A stretch of 64,000 nucleotides of DNA from NCBI RefSeq assembly GCF_044324785.1, contig NZ_CP172127.1, one strand, 5' to 3'. The notes under the pieces are model-generated. The model was given only the letters and a program-made list of their open reading frames with translations, made no database searches and was not told the DNA's origin. The translations under genes were made by a program, and so were the position numbers. This stretch comes from Escherichia coli. Its GTDB lineage: Bacteria; Pseudomonadota; Gammaproteobacteria; Enterobacterales; Enterobacteriaceae. Shown in pieces: positions 42,936 to 56,710 of the stretch (the first letter of the stretch is position 1; each line of letters starts with the position of its first letter).

Positions 42936-45041
42936 TTAGTGCGCGCCTTTCGCCTGCGCCACGATCTCCTCGACATTTTCCGGCATTGGCTCATACGGCG
43001 TTTCTTTCGCCGTTGGCTTCGGCTCTTTCAATGCCGCCAGTGCCGTCTTAATCGAGAACAGTGCCAGAACCACCACGACCACCATAAAGAAGATGGTTAA
43101 CCCGGCATCAAGACGGTTGTTGAACACCAGTTGCGCCAGTTGTGACTCAGTATACTGCGATGGAATATTGCCGCTGTCGATCATTGCCTGGAACTTGTTA
43201 GCAATCGCCAGGAAGCCGACTTTCGCATCCGGGCTAAACGCTTTCTGCCAGCCTGCGGTCAGGGTACAAATCAGCAGCCAGGCCGTTGGTACCAGCGCCA
43301 CCCAGGCGTAACGTTGACGTTTCATTTTGAACAGCACCACAGCACAGAGCATCAGCGCCATCCCTGCCAGCATCTGGTTGGCAATACCAAACAGCGGCCA
43401 CAAGGTGTTAATACCGCCCAGCGGATCGACCACACCCTGATGGAGGAAGTAGCCCCACGCCAGCACGCACAGCGCCGTTGCCAGCAGGTTAGCAGGCAGT
43501 GAATCGGTCCGCTTCAGGCCAGGAGACACCACGCCCAGCAGATCCTGCAACATAAAGCGCGCAGCACGCGTACCCGCATCTACCGCCGTCAGAATAAACA
43601 GAGCTTCAAACAGAATGGCGAAGTGATACCAGAACGCCACATCCATCATGCCGCCCAGCGCGCCGTGCAGAATGTAGGCCATCCCCACCGCCAGCGTCGG
43701 CGCACCGCCCGCACGGGAAATGATCGACTGTTCACCCACTTCGCTGGCAATCTGGTTGAGCGTATCTGGTGTAATGCTAAAGCCCCAGCTACTCACCACC
43801 TGCGCGGCAGAAGCGACTACATCCGCCGTCCCTGCAGGAGCCAGCACCGCCATCGGGCTGTTCATGGCGAAGTACACACCTGGATCGATGATACAGGCGG
43901 AAACCAGCGCCATAATCGCCACGAAGGATTCCATCAACATCCCACCGTAGCCGATAAAGCACGCCTGCCCTTCGTTCGCCAGCATCTTCGGCGTGGTGCC
44001 GGAAGAGATCAGCGCATGGAAGCCAGACACCGCGCCACAGGCGATGGTGATAAACAGGAACGGGAACAGGTTACCGGTCCATACCGGGCCAGTGCCATCG
44101 ACAAATTTAGTTAGCGCAGGCATGGTCAGCGTCGGGCGCATAATCAAAATGCCTACCGCCAGACCGACGATGGTCCCGATTTTCAGGAAGGTTGAGAGGT
44201 AGTCGCGCGGGGCCAGCAACAGCCACACCGGCAGCACCGCCGCCACAAAACCGTAACCCACCAGCATCCAGGTCAGCTGCACGCCGGTAAAGTCAAAGTA
44301 CGGTGCCCAGGTCGGACTTTCTGCCACCCAGCCGCCAGAGATAATGGCGAAAATCAGGAACACCAAACCGATGACCGACACTTCGCCAATACGCCCCGGA
44401 CGCAGATAGCGCAGGTAGATCCCCATAAACAGCGCCAGCGGAATAGTGAACGCAACGGTATACGTTCCCCACGGGCTATGAGTCAGGGCTTTCACCACGA
44501 TCATCGCCAGTACTGCAAGGATAATGACCATGATCATAAAGCAGGCCACCAGCGCTATCACCCCGGCGGTTGGCCCCATCTCTTCTTTGACCAGCTCACC
44601 CAGCGAGCGACCGTCACGGCGCGTAGAAACAAACAGCACCATGAAATCCTGCACCGCACCGGCGAGAACCACCCCGGCGAGCAGCCAGATCATCCCTGGC
44701 AGGTAACCCATTTGCGCCGCCAGTACCGGCCCCACCAGCGGGCCAGCTCCGGCAATGGCCGCAAAATGGTGACCGAACAGCACTTTCTTGTCCGTCGGCA
44801 CATAGTCCAGCCCGTCGTTATGGCGCACCGCGGGCGTCATACGCGTCGGGTCAACCGCCAGCACATTTTTGGCGATATACAGACCATAAAAACGGTAAGC
44901 GATCAGATAGATACAGACCGACGCCACCACAATCCACAGCGCATTGATCTGTTCCCCACGATTTAAAGCAATGTATCCCAGAGCAAATGCTCCCATTACA
45001 GAGAGCACTGTCCAGACGAGGTATTTCCCTGATTTGTTCAT
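42936..45041 (-). CDS. cstA: Carbon starvation protein CstA (peptide / pyruvate transporter family)
   Basis: 701 aa polytopic membrane protein. Confidence 0.95.
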   Translation of the reverse strand: MNKSGKYLVWTVLSVMGAFALGYIALNRGEQINALWIVVASVCIYLIAYRFYGLYIAKNVLAVDPTRMTPAVRHNDGLDYVPTDKKVLFGHHFAAIAGAGPLVGPVLAAQMGYLPGMIWLLAGVVLAGAVQDFMVLFVSTRRDGRSLGELVKEEMGPTAGVIALVACFMIMVIILAVLAMIVVKALTHSPWGTYTVAFTIPLALFMGIYLRYLRPGRIGEVSVIGLVFLIFAIISGGWVAESPTWAPYFDFTGVQLTWMLVGYGFVAAVLPVWLLLAPRDYLSTFLKIGTIVGLAVGILIMRPTLTMPALTKFVDGTGPVWTGNLFPFLFITIACGAVSGFHALISSGTTPKMLANEGQACFIGYGGMLMESFVAIMALVSACIIDPGVYFAMNSPMAVLAPAGTADVVASAAQVVSSWGFSITPDTLNQIASEVGEQSIISRAGGAPTLAVGMAYILHGALGGMMDVAFWYHFAILFEALFILTAVDAGTRAARFMLQDLLGVVSPGLKRTDSLPANLLATALCVLAWGYFLHQGVVDPLGGINTLWPLFGIANQMLAGMALMLCAVVLFKMKRQRYAWVALVPTAWLLICTLTAGWQKAFSPDAKVGFLAIANKFQAMIDSGNIPSQYTESQLAQLVFNNRLDAGLTIFFMVVVVVLALFSIKTALAALKEPKPTAKETPYEPMPENVEEIVAQAKGAH

Positions 45042-45221
45042 AGTTGTTATCCGTGTGCATGTCCATAGAGATGTTACATTTTGTTTCTATAACATCTTTG
45101 TACAATTTAACAACACAGCAACCATGTAAATCGGAGTTGAAACCAATATTTAACTTAACAATGTTAACTCGATCACTCCGTTAACCGAGTTTTCCTGCAA
45201 TCTCATTTAATTCTGTCGGGT

Positions 45222-46383
<1,162 letters not shown>

Positions 46384-46384
<1 letters not shown>

Positions 46385-47241
46385 TATTTCACCTCGCGGG
46401 AGAGTAGCTTCCACCAGGCGTCGATGGTCGGTTTTTTCGCCAGCATGACAAAGTCGATATCGCCATGTACTTTGCGCCAGCGCGCCGCCAGCGCCATCAT
46501 CCGCACCGAATCCAGACCGTAGTCGATCAGGTTGTCGTCATCGAACGGTTCATCGGACTCGTCCAGCAACGGCAGGATCACCTCACGCAACGCCGCTTTG
46601 CTGGCGGGGACAGGTGCTGGCAGCAATTCTTCGGTCATCACCACCCGGCCAGAACGTCCGGCCACATATTTCAGCGACATCAAATGCTCGTCACGGCTGA
46701 AATCGGCCAGCGCATCTGCCACCATAAACGGTTTAATATCGCGCATAAATGCGTCCGTTGCGGTGGTCATACAGCCAATGTGGGCATATACCCCGGTAAT
46801 AATCAGCTGGTTACGTCCACTCTCTTTCAGCATTTGCTCCAGCGGGGAACGATGAAACGCGCTGTAGCGCCACTTCACCAGCACCGTGTCGTCGGCATCT
46901 GGCGTCAGGCTATCCACCACCTTTTGCTGTTCCGGCGAACGGGTCAGGCCAGGCCCCCACATATCATTCAACAGCGCCCGATCTTCATCGCTCTGCTCTT
47001 TCGGCTGGGCAGTGTAATAAACCGGGATATTGTGCTGTTTGCAGTAGTCGCGTAGTGCCGCAATATTCGCGATCACCTGCTCCATCATCGGGCAGTTCTC
47101 GCCCCAGAAGCTGACAAAATAGTCCTGCATATCATGGATTAACAACGCGGCACGTTGCGGTTCAAAGGCCCAGTCGACTTTATTCTTAGGGATATCGTGA
47201 GACTCCGGCAGTGCGTAAGCCTGTAATTTTGGAATAGCCAT
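46384..47241 (-). CDS. entB: Isochorismatase / aryl carrier protein EntB
   Basis: 285 aa; C-terminal carrier domain with phosphopantetheine site in YGLDSV. Confidence 0.95.
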
Positions 47242-47254
47242 CGTGTTCTCTCCT

Positions 47255-48865
47255 TCAGGCTGATGCGCGTGACGCCAGCCACTGACGTAATTGTTTTTTA
47301 TCGACTTTCCCGACCGCCGTCAGCGGAAGTGAATCCACACACTCCACGCGATCCGGTAATTTAAATTCGGCAATACCCTGTTCACGCAGGAAACGACGCA
47401 CCTGCACCGCGCGTAGAGGCTCTTTTACCACCAGATAAGCACAGCTTTTTTCGCCCATCAGCTCATCTTCCATGCTCACCAGTGCGGCGTAGATCACCGC
47501 CGGATGGCGCAGCAGCAGGTTTTCGATCTCTTCGGCAGCGATCTTCTCGCCGCCACGGTTGATCTGATCTTTCTCGCGCCCCTGCACGGTGATGTACCCC
47601 TCTGGATCAATAGAGATCAGATCGCCGGAACAGTAAAAACCGTTGGCATCAAAGGCGCTGGCATTGTGCTGCGGGCTTTTGTAATAGCCGCGGAAGGTGT
47701 ACGGACCGCGCGTCATCAGGCGTCCGACTTCCCCTTGCGGCAGTGGATTTCCTTCGGCATCGGCAACCCACACTTCATCGTCCGGACACATTGGATAGCC
47801 CTGGGTATGGATTATTTTCTCCGCGCTATCATCAAGTCGGGTGTAGTTCACCAGTCCTTCCGCCATGCCGAATACCTGCTGTAACTGGCAGCCAATCTCT
47901 GCGGGAATACGCGCCGCAAGCGTGGCAGAAAGACGTGCACCACCGACCTGTAACAGTTTCAGCGAGGCAAGCTGCGCCCGGCTTTCGCCTTCGGTCAGCG
48001 CCTGTAACCACAGGCTGACTGCGGGTGGCACCAGCGCGGTGACGTTGACCTGATGTTTTTCAATCAATGGGAAGCAGAGCGTGGCGCTGGGGTCGGCAGC
48101 CAGAACGACAGTGCCGCCAGCGAGAAATACGCCCAGCGATCCTGGCGAACTCATGGCGTAGTTATGAGCCGCCGGGATCGCGCACAGGTAGCGTGTCTGT
48201 TGTGTGAACTGACAAATATCGACGCTACGACGCACGCTGTAGTAATAGTCGTTATGAGTGCGCGGGATCAGTTTCGGTGTGCCGGTGGTGCCGCCGGAAA
48301 GCTGGAAATAGGCCACTTCATCAGCAGGTGACGGCGTGGCAGTAAAATCCTCAGCCGGATGGTTAATCGCATCCTGCAAATTATGCTCACCGCTGTCGTT
48401 GTGCAGTTGCACCACGCGAATGGAGGAATGCTCTGCAACAAATGTATTGAGGAAATCATCTCCGCTAAACAGCGCATGCTGGCGATCGGCAATCAGTAAC
48501 GCCGGTTCAATCTGGCTGGCATAGGCGTTCAGTTCACTACGCTGATGGCTGAACAGCGCCAGCACCGGTGCAACGCCCAGCTTCAGCAGCGCGAAAAAGG
48601 TAATATACAATTCAGCGACGTTACCCAGTTGTACCAGCGCGGTTTCACCAGGTTTAATGCCCTGACGGCGCAAACTACAGGCGAGGTTATCCGCCGCCTG
48701 ATTCAGCTCCCGGTAACTCAACTGCCGCTCGCCGTCGATGACCGCGATGCTGTCGCTTGCGGCATGACGGGTCAGAATGTCGGTCAGCGGCAAATCCTGC
48801 CAGTAGCCTTTTTCCCGATAGCGACGGGCAAATTCTTCCGGCCAGCGGGTGAATGGAATGCTCAT
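47255..48865 (-). CDS. entE: 2,3-dihydroxybenzoate-AMP ligase EntE
   Basis: ORF track trimmed to [10 protein letters not shown] (536 aa); adenylation core SGGTTGTPK. Confidence 0.95.
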   Translation of the reverse strand: MSIPFTRWPEEFARRYREKGYWQDLPLTDILTRHAASDSIAVIDGERQLSYRELNQAADNLACSLRRQGIKPGETALVQLGNVAELYITFFALLKLGVAPVLALFSHQRSELNAYASQIEPALLIADRQHALFSGDDFLNTFVAEHSSIRVVQLHNDSGEHNLQDAINHPAEDFTATPSPADEVAYFQLSGGTTGTPKLIPRTHNDYYYSVRRSVDICQFTQQTRYLCAIPAAHNYAMSSPGSLGVFLAGGTVVLAADPSATLCFPLIEKHQVNVTALVPPAVSLWLQALTEGESRAQLASLKLLQVGGARLSATLAARIPAEIGCQLQQVFGMAEGLVNYTRLDDSAEKIIHTQGYPMCPDDEVWVADAEGNPLPQGEVGRLMTRGPYTFRGYYKSPQHNASAFDANGFYCSGDLISIDPEGYITVQGREKDQINRGGEKIAAEEIENLLLRHPAVIYAALVSMEDELMGEKSCAYLVVKEPLRAVQVRRFLREQGIAEFKLPDRVECVDSLPLTAVGKVDKKQLRQWLASRASA

Positions 48866-48874
48866 CCTCACTCC

Positions 48875-50050
<1,176 letters not shown>

Positions 50051-50063
50051 ATCATCCTCCACA

Positions 50064-50100
50064 AAATGATAAAGGCTTTAATAATGATTATCATTTATAT
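50064..50100. promoter_or_regulatory. Fur box(es) in the divergent entC / fepB promoter
   Basis: AATGATAAA and ATAATGATTATCATTTA, close to the GATAATGATAATCATTATC consensus. Confidence 0.8.
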
Positions 50101-50238
50101 TTTCGGTCGCTAACCTAAAAGCAAACGCGCACTATGTCAACTCTTGAGGTAACGCAATCTGCAACTCGGGGTTGCATCTGGTTGTGGTTACAATGAAAAT
50201 GAGAAGCATTAACTTCATTAATAACAGGAAGCTGATTT

Positions 50239-51195
50239 GTGAGACTCGCCCCGCTCTACCGCAACGCCCTTCTATTAACAGGACTTTTGCTTTCAGGAAT
50301 AGCCGCAGTTCAGGCCGCCGACTGGCCGCGTCAGATTACTGACAGCCGTGGCACTCATACCCTGGAAAGCCAGCCGCAGCGTATTGTTTCCACCAGCGTC
50401 ACCCTGACCGGCTCACTGCTGGCGATTGATGCTCCGGTGATCGCCAGCGGCGCGACCACGCCAAATAACCGCGTAGCGGATGACCAGGGCTTTTTACGCC
50501 AGTGGAGCAAGGTGGCGAAAGAACGCAAACTGCAACGGCTCTATATCGGCGAACCGAGTGCAGAAGCCGTTGCCGCGCAAATGCCGGATCTGATTTTAAT
50601 TAGCGCAACCGGCGGGGATTCGGCGCTGGCGCTGTACGATCAGCTTTCCACCATCGCCCCAACATTAATCATCAATTACGACGACAAAAGCTGGCAGTCG
50701 CTGTTAACGCAGCTTGGCGAAATTACCGGGCATGAGAAACAAGCGGCAGAGCGGATTGCACAGTTTGATAAGCAACTGGCAGCGGCGAAAGAGCAAATCA
50801 AATTACCGCCGCAGCCGGTCACTGCCATTGTCTATACCGCCGCTGCACACAGTGCCAATCTCTGGACGCCGGAATCAGCACAAGGGCAGATGCTGGAACA
50901 ACTCGGCTTTACGCTGGCAAAGTTGCCCGCAGGGTTAAACGCCAGCCAAAGCCAGGGCAAACGCCATGACATCATTCAGCTTGGTGGAGAAAATCTGGCT
51001 GCAGGGTTAAACGGTGAATCGCTATTCCTGTTCGCCGGTGATCAGAAAGATACCGATGCGATTTATGCTAATCCGCTGCTCGCGCACCTGCCTGCAGTAC
51101 AAAACAAGCAGGTTTATGCGCTGGGAACCGAGACGTTCCGTCTGGATTACTACAGCGCCATGCAAGTGCTGGAACGGCTTAAGGCGCTGTTTTAA
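50239..51195 (+). CDS. fepB: Ferric enterobactin periplasmic binding protein
   Basis: 318 aa; signal peptide ending AVQA; GTG start. Confidence 0.94.
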   Translation: MRLAPLYRNALLLTGLLLSGIAAVQAADWPRQITDSRGTHTLESQPQRIVSTSVTLTGSLLAIDAPVIASGATTPNNRVADDQGFLRQWSKVAKERKLQRLYIGEPSAEAVAAQMPDLILISATGGDSALALYDQLSTIAPTLIINYDDKSWQSLLTQLGEITGHEKQAAERIAQFDKQLAAAKEQIKLPPQPVTAIVYTAAAHSANLWTPESAQGQMLEQLGFTLAKLPAGLNASQSQGKRHDIIQLGGENLAAGLNGESLFLFAGDQKDTDAIYANPLLAHLPAVQNKQVYALGTETFRLDYYSAMQVLERLKALF

Positions 51196-51198
51196 GCA

Positions 51199-52449
51199 TT
51201 AACTGTCGGACGCTGTCACCTGCGGCGGCGTCTGGCGAAAACGCCGCAACTCCACCAGCACCAGCAATAACAACACGCCGATAATCAACAAACCAAAACC
51301 GCTCGCGCTTGCGGAAGCAACCGGTGTCATCATCGCGCCCAAACCGCCCAGCAGCGCCGCGCCTATGGCATCGCCCGTCACGTTTTGTGCCGTCCACAAA
51401 CCGTTAATCCGCCCTAACATCGCTTCCGGGGTTTGCGTTTGCAGCATTGTGTATTGCAGCAACGAACTAACCGCGCTCAGCCAGCCGAACAGCGCCAGAC
51501 AAACCACGCCTAAAATCCACATCGGCATCAAGCCAAACAGCCCAATGGCGAGGAACGATCCCAGCGTGGAGAGCAGCATCAATAACCCTGGTCGCGCGCT
51601 ATGTGCCAGCTTCCCGCTGGTTAACGCGCCAATAGCCGCACCGAGCGGGATCGCCGCATAGAGAAAACCAATCTGTGCCGCCGACATCTGCCAGTTGTCA
51701 GCCAGCGCCGGATACAGTACCCGCACCGCGCTCGCCATCGTCAATAAACCACCCAACAGCGCAATCCCTCCTACCAGCGGGCTGGCGAGCAGAAAACGAA
51801 ATCCTGCCAGTAATGATTTCAACGGATGCTCACGCGGCTGCGGTGGTGGTGGTAACGCCGGAAGGCTTAACAACGGTAGCAAGGTAATAAACGTGCCCGC
51901 CGCCGCCAGTCCGTAGTTCCAGGCTACGCCTCCGGTCGCCAGCAATAAACCGCCAATCATGGGCGAAATCACCGATCCCAGACGCACGGTCAACATGGTG
52001 ATCGCCCCGGCCTGCATTAAGTTTTCACGCCCTACCAGTGCTGGTGTCGCCGCCAGTAGCGCCGTAACGCCAAGTGATGCGAAAAAACCATCCCATAAAC
52101 CGAGTAAATAGATTGCCAGCAAAGATGGCTCCGGCAGCAACGCGTTCAGGCACAGTCCAATGAAGCCAATGCCACAGGTGCCGCGCGCCAGCAAAATCAC
52201 TTTTTTGCGCTCATAGCGATCCGCCAGCACACCGCCGACCATCAGGCCAACAAACATCGCGCCGCCGGTCAGCGTCACCGAAAGCCCCACCTGCCAGGTA
52301 GAATGCGTCATCATCTGGATCTGCACCGGTACCGCGACACCGAGCAAACCCAGAGACACAATTGAGATAAAACGAGCGAGGAATACTGCGCGAAACGCCG
52401 GGTGCGTTTTCAACAGGCTGAGGTTAAGCAGCCAGGATTGTTTATTCAT
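51199..52449 (-). CDS. entS: Enterobactin exporter EntS (MFS)
   Basis: 416 aa, 12-TM MFS transporter. Confidence 0.94.
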
Positions 52450-52522
52450 TACAATGCCTTGCCATCAAATATTTTAAATACCTATTCTTAGGCTGCACAT
52501 GCTAACATATCCAAATAAGATC

Positions 52523-52547
52523 GATAACGATAATTAATTTCATTATC
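52523..52547. promoter_or_regulatory. Fur box in the divergent entS / fepD promoter
   Basis: GATAACGATAATTAATTTCATTATC. Confidence 0.8.
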
Positions 52548-52559
52548 ATGGAAGTTCGT

Positions 52560-53564
52560 ATGTCTGGTTCTGTTGCCGTGACACGCGCCATTGCCGTGCC
52601 CGGATTGCTGTTATTACTGATTATCGCGACGGCATTAAGCCTGCTCATTGGGGCAAAATCACTCCCCGCTTCCGTAGTGCTGGAGGCCCTCTCCGGCACC
52701 TGCCAGAGCGCCGACTGCACCATCGTGCTCGACGCGCGACTGCCGCGCACCCTTGCCGGTTTACTGGCAGGCGGCGCGCTTGGGCTTGCCGGGGCGCTGA
52801 TGCAAACCCTCACCCGAAACCCACTTGCCGACCCCGGCTTGCTTGGTGTGAACGCCGGAGCCAGCTTTGCCATTGTGCTGGGTGCGGCGCTGTTTGGTTA
52901 CTCATCCGCGCAGGAACAACTGGCGATGGCCTTCGCCGGGGCGCTGGTGGCCTCATTGATTGTTGCCTTTACCGGCAGTCAGGGCGGAGGGCAGTTAAGT
53001 CCGGTGCGTTTAACCCTGGCGGGCGTGGCGCTGGCGGCGGTGCTGGAAGGGCTGACCAGCGGCATCGCCCTGCTTAATCCTGACGTCTACGATCAACTGC
53101 GTTTCTGGCAAGCCGGTTCGCTGGATATTCGTAATTTACACACCTTAAAAGTAGTGCTGATCCCGGTGCTGATCGCCGGAGTAACCGCGCTATTACTGAG
53201 CCGCGCACTGAACAGTTTAAGCCTTGGCAGTGACACCGCGACGGCGCTGGGCAGTCGCGTGGCGCGCACACAGTTGATTGGTCTGCTGGCGATTACCGTG
53301 CTTTGTGGTAGTGCGACGGCGGTAGTTGGCCCGATTGCCTTTATTGGCCTGATGATGCCGCACATGGCGCGCTGGCTGGTAGGTGCCGATCATCGCTGGT
53401 CGCTGCCCGTCACGCTACTTGCCACCCCTGCCCTGCTGCTGTTTGCCGATATCATCGGGCGGGTGATTGTGCCCGGCGAACTGCGCGTTTCTGTAGTCAG
53501 TGCCTTTATTGGCGCACCGGTGCTGATCTTCCTCGTGCGACGTAAAACGCGAGGTGGCGCATGA
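52560..53564 (+). CDS. fepD: Ferric enterobactin ABC permease FepD
   Basis: ORF track 52548..53564; I prefer the ATG at 52560 (334 aa) because the upstream ATG sits inside the Fur box; either start is possible. Confidence 0.92.
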   Translation: MSGSVAVTRAIAVPGLLLLLIIATALSLLIGAKSLPASVVLEALSGTCQSADCTIVLDARLPRTLAGLLAGGALGLAGALMQTLTRNPLADPGLLGVNAGASFAIVLGAALFGYSSAQEQLAMAFAGALVASLIVAFTGSQGGGQLSPVRLTLAGVALAAVLEGLTSGIALLNPDVYDQLRFWQAGSLDIRNLHTLKVVLIPVLIAGVTALLLSRALNSLSLGSDTATALGSRVARTQLIGLLAITVLCGSATAVVGPIAFIGLMMPHMARWLVGADHRWSLPVTLLATPALLLFADIIGRVIVPGELRVSVVSAFIGAPVLIFLVRRKTRGGA

Positions 53565-54553
53565 TTTACGTCTCTCGCCGATTAATTATCACCTGTTTGC
53601 TGCTAATTACCGCCTGTGTGGTTGCAGGTATCTGGGGATTACGCAGCGGTGCCGTCACGCTGGAAACCTCGCAGGTATTCGCCGCGCTGATGGGCGATGC
53701 GCCGCGCAGTATGACGATGGTGGTCACCGAATGGCGTTTACCACGCGTGCTGATGGCGCTGTTAATTGGCGCGGCACTGGGCGTCAGCGGCGCGATTTTT
53801 CAGTCGCTGATGCGTAACCCGCTCGGCAGCCCTGACGTAATGGGCTTTAACACCGGGGCGTGGAGCGGCGTGCTGGTGGCGATGGTGCTGTTTGGTCAGG
53901 ACCTGACGGCTATCGCCCTGGCAGCAATGGCGGGCGGCATTGTCACCTCGCTGCTGGTCTGGCTGCTCGCATGGCGTAACGGCATCGACACCTTTCGGTT
54001 GATTATTATTGGTATCGGCGTTCGCGCCATGCTGGTGGCCTTTAATACCTGGCTGTTGCTGAAAGCGTCTTTAGAAACGGCGCTAACAGCGGGTTTGTGG
54101 AATGCCGGATCGCTCAACGGCCTGACGTGGGCAAAAACCTCGCCTTCCGCACCCATCATTATATTGATGCTCATTGCCGCCGCCTTGCTGGTGCGGCGGA
54201 TGCGATTGCTGGAGATGGGTGATGATACCGCATGTGCGCTGGGCGTCAGCGTCGAACGTTCGCGGCTGTTAATGATGCTGGTCGCCGTAGTACTTACCGC
54301 AGCTGCCACTGCCCTGGCGGGGCCGATTTCCTTTATTGCTTTAGTCGCGCCGCACATTGCCCGACGCATTAGCGGCACCGCTCGCTGGGGGCTGGCCCAG
54401 GCGGCGCTGTGCGGAGCGTTGTTACTGCTGGCGGCCGATCTCTGTGCTCAACAACTGTTTATGCCGTATCAACTTCCGGTTGGCGTCGTTACCGTCAGCC
54501 TCGGCGGTATTTACCTTATCGTCTTGTTAATTCAGGAGTCTCGCAAAAAATGA
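53561..54553 (+). CDS. fepG: Ferric enterobactin ABC permease FepG
   Basis: 330 aa; 4-nt overlap with fepD. Confidence 0.94.
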   Translation: MIYVSRRLIITCLLLITACVVAGIWGLRSGAVTLETSQVFAALMGDAPRSMTMVVTEWRLPRVLMALLIGAALGVSGAIFQSLMRNPLGSPDVMGFNTGAWSGVLVAMVLFGQDLTAIALAAMAGGIVTSLLVWLLAWRNGIDTFRLIIIGIGVRAMLVAFNTWLLLKASLETALTAGLWNAGSLNGLTWAKTSPSAPIIILMLIAAALLVRRMRLLEMGDDTACALGVSVERSRLLMMLVAVVLTAAATALAGPISFIALVAPHIARRISGTARWGLAQAALCGALLLLAADLCAQQLFMPYQLPVGVVTVSLGGIYLIVLLIQESRKK

Positions 54554-55365
54554 CCGAATCAGTAGCCCGTTTGCGTGGCGAACAGTTAACCCTCGGATAT
54601 GGCAAATATACCGTTGCGGAAAATCTGACTGTAGAAATACCTGATGGTCACTTCACGGCAATTATCGGGCCAAATGGCTGCGGTAAATCCACGTTACTGC
54701 GGACCTTAAGCCGCCTGATGACGCCTGCTCACGGGCATGTCTGGCTGGATGGCGAGCACATTCAACATTACGCCAGTAAAGAGGTTGCACGCCGGATTGG
54801 TCTGTTGGCGCAGAATGCTACCACGCCGGGCGATATCACCGTGCAGGAGCTGGTGGCGCGTGGGCGTTACCCGCATCAACCGCTGTTTACCCGTTGGCGC
54901 AAAGAGGATGAAGAAGCGGTAACGAAAGCGATGCAGGCCACGGGAATAACTCATCTGGCAGATCAAAGCGTGGATACCCTTTCTGGCGGGCAACGCCAGC
55001 GAGCGTGGATCGCGATGGTGCTAGCCCAGGAAACGGCAATTATGCTGCTCGATGAACCCACGACCTGGCTGGATATCAGTCATCAGATTGATCTACTGGA
55101 ACTGTTAAGCGAACTGAACCGCGAGAAAGGCTATACCCTGGCGGCGGTGCTGCACGATCTTAATCAGGCCTGTCGTTACGCCAGCCATTTGATTGCATTG
55201 CGGGAAGGGAAAATTGTTGCTCAGGGAGCGCCGAAGGAGATTGTCACTGCTGAATTGATCGAGCGCATTTATGGTCTGCGCTGCATGATTATTGACGATC
55301 CGGTAGCCGGAACTCCGCTTGTGGTGCCGCTCGGACGAACGGCACCTTCAACCGCAAATAGTTAA
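54550..55365 (+). CDS. fepC: Ferric enterobactin ABC ATPase FepC
   Basis: ORF track 54409..55365 trimmed to MTESVARLRG (271 aa); Walker A GPNGCGKST and signature LSGGQRQR. Confidence 0.94.
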   Translation: MTESVARLRGEQLTLGYGKYTVAENLTVEIPDGHFTAIIGPNGCGKSTLLRTLSRLMTPAHGHVWLDGEHIQHYASKEVARRIGLLAQNATTPGDITVQELVARGRYPHQPLFTRWRKEDEEAVTKAMQATGITHLADQSVDTLSGGQRQRAWIAMVLAQETAIMLLDEPTTWLDISHQIDLLELLSELNREKGYTLAAVLHDLNQACRYASHLIALREGKIVAQGAPKEIVTAELIERIYGLRCMIIDDPVAGTPLVVPLGRTAPSTANS

Positions 55366-56495
55366 ACTAAGTGGTCTGCTATCATGGCATCCTGTTTTCT
55401 GGATGCCATCGCATAGCGCAACAGCACGCCACCACAAGCCACCATCCCGCCGATCATCGCAGAAAGGATCACAATAATCGCCTTACCCGGACCGTCTTTT
55501 TTCACTGGCAATGACGGGCTTAACTGATATTTAAACGGCGTAAAATTCACATCGTTGATATTTGCTTTTGTTAACTGCTCAACAAGATACTGACGATTAC
55601 GTAATTCACCGTTCAGTTCCGCAACGTCAGTAACCGCTTTTTCAATTTCCAGTTTGCGTTCAATACCGTCTGCGCCGAGAGAAATAGAGAAATCGGGGTC
55701 ATCTTTAACGGCCTGACCATTACTGTATACGGGCTTTTTAATTCCTGCCGCGTTGGCAATGTCGAGTGAATAATTGAGGCGCTGAATGTTTGCATCAAGT
55801 TGATTTTTCGTTTTAATGCGATCCTGAGCCAGTTTTTCTTTTTCAAACTGGGTTTTGATCTCCAGTTTATTACGGACGTTTTCTATCGACTCTTTCACCA
55901 CCAACGCAGAGATATAATCGATATACCCGCTCAAAACGGTCTGCGCCTCTTCACTGGTTGGCGCGGTAAAACTGAGCGTCCAGGAGGTATACAGTGACGG
56001 TTCATCTTTTTTCTTACTGGCATTGTCATCAACCGCTTTCATTTTTTCGCTCAATGCGACGATAGCTCGATGCAAATCCAGTTCGTCGATTTTCGCCTCT
56101 TTTAATTGGTCCATCACATAAGGTGATGAGCGCAGGTACTCTTCTAGTAAGCTAACAGACTGAAACTTCTTGATAAACAGGTTAAATGCACCGCCACGGT
56201 CGATATTAACATCGAGATCAAGAACGCGGAGTTTGGTAAAGGTTTTCTCCAGGTCCTGCCACTGAATGGCTTCGGCGGGAGTAATGACGGCTGAGCTGGT
56301 CCATTTTTGCGGCAGGATGAAAGAGATCAGCAATCCTGTGCAGGCAAACGCAAAAATGACCGCCATGACCGTTTTTTTGGCCCGCCATAAAACTTCGATT
56401 AGATTAAGTAAATCAATTTCATTATTACTGGGCGACGCCAGAGGATACTCGGGAAAATGAGCGTCACTTCCCTGTTTAATATTCATTGATGACAT
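55362..56495 (-). CDS. fepE: Polysaccharide co-polymerase (Wzz-like) FepE
   Basis: 377 aa; two TM segments flanking a periplasmic coiled-coil region. Confidence 0.92.
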   Translation of the reverse strand: MSSMNIKQGSDAHFPEYPLASPSNNEIDLLNLIEVLWRAKKTVMAVIFAFACTGLLISFILPQKWTSSAVITPAEAIQWQDLEKTFTKLRVLDLDVNIDRGGAFNLFIKKFQSVSLLEEYLRSSPYVMDQLKEAKIDELDLHRAIVALSEKMKAVDDNASKKKDEPSLYTSWTLSFTAPTSEEAQTVLSGYIDYISALVVKESIENVRNKLEIKTQFEKEKLAQDRIKTKNQLDANIQRLNYSLDIANAAGIKKPVYSNGQAVKDDPDFSISLGADGIERKLEIEKAVTDVAELNGELRNRQYLVEQLTKANINDVNFTPFKYQLSPSLPVKKDGPGKAIIVILSAMIGGMVACGGVLLRYAMASRKQDAMIADHLV

Positions 56496-56666
56496 GGGGT
56501 ATAACCTGAAAATGAGTCCAATAGGGGGAAATCTCCACGGCGCTCACTTTACCAGTTGGTGAGAATTATCCGAAGCTGAAGTTTGTAAATTACTCCCACT
56601 GAATGCAACATTCACTCTATTTCAGAGAAATACCTACCAAATTTATAAATTAAACAAATGATAAAC

Positions 56667-56699
56667 CCATAATTATTTTCTGTAATTATGGGTTTATAG
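56667..56699. terminator. AT-rich hairpin between fepE start and entF end
   Basis: AACCCATAATTAT-tttctgt-AATTATGGGTT. Confidence 0.5.
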
Positions 56700-56710
56700 A
56701 TAATATAAAT

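Noticed and set aside
42809-43051. Two ~61-aa ORFs (one on each strand) in the ybdD-cstA spacer
   Set aside because: Both are Arg/Pro-rich translations of the GC-rich repeat and overlap the cstA 3' end; no start context.
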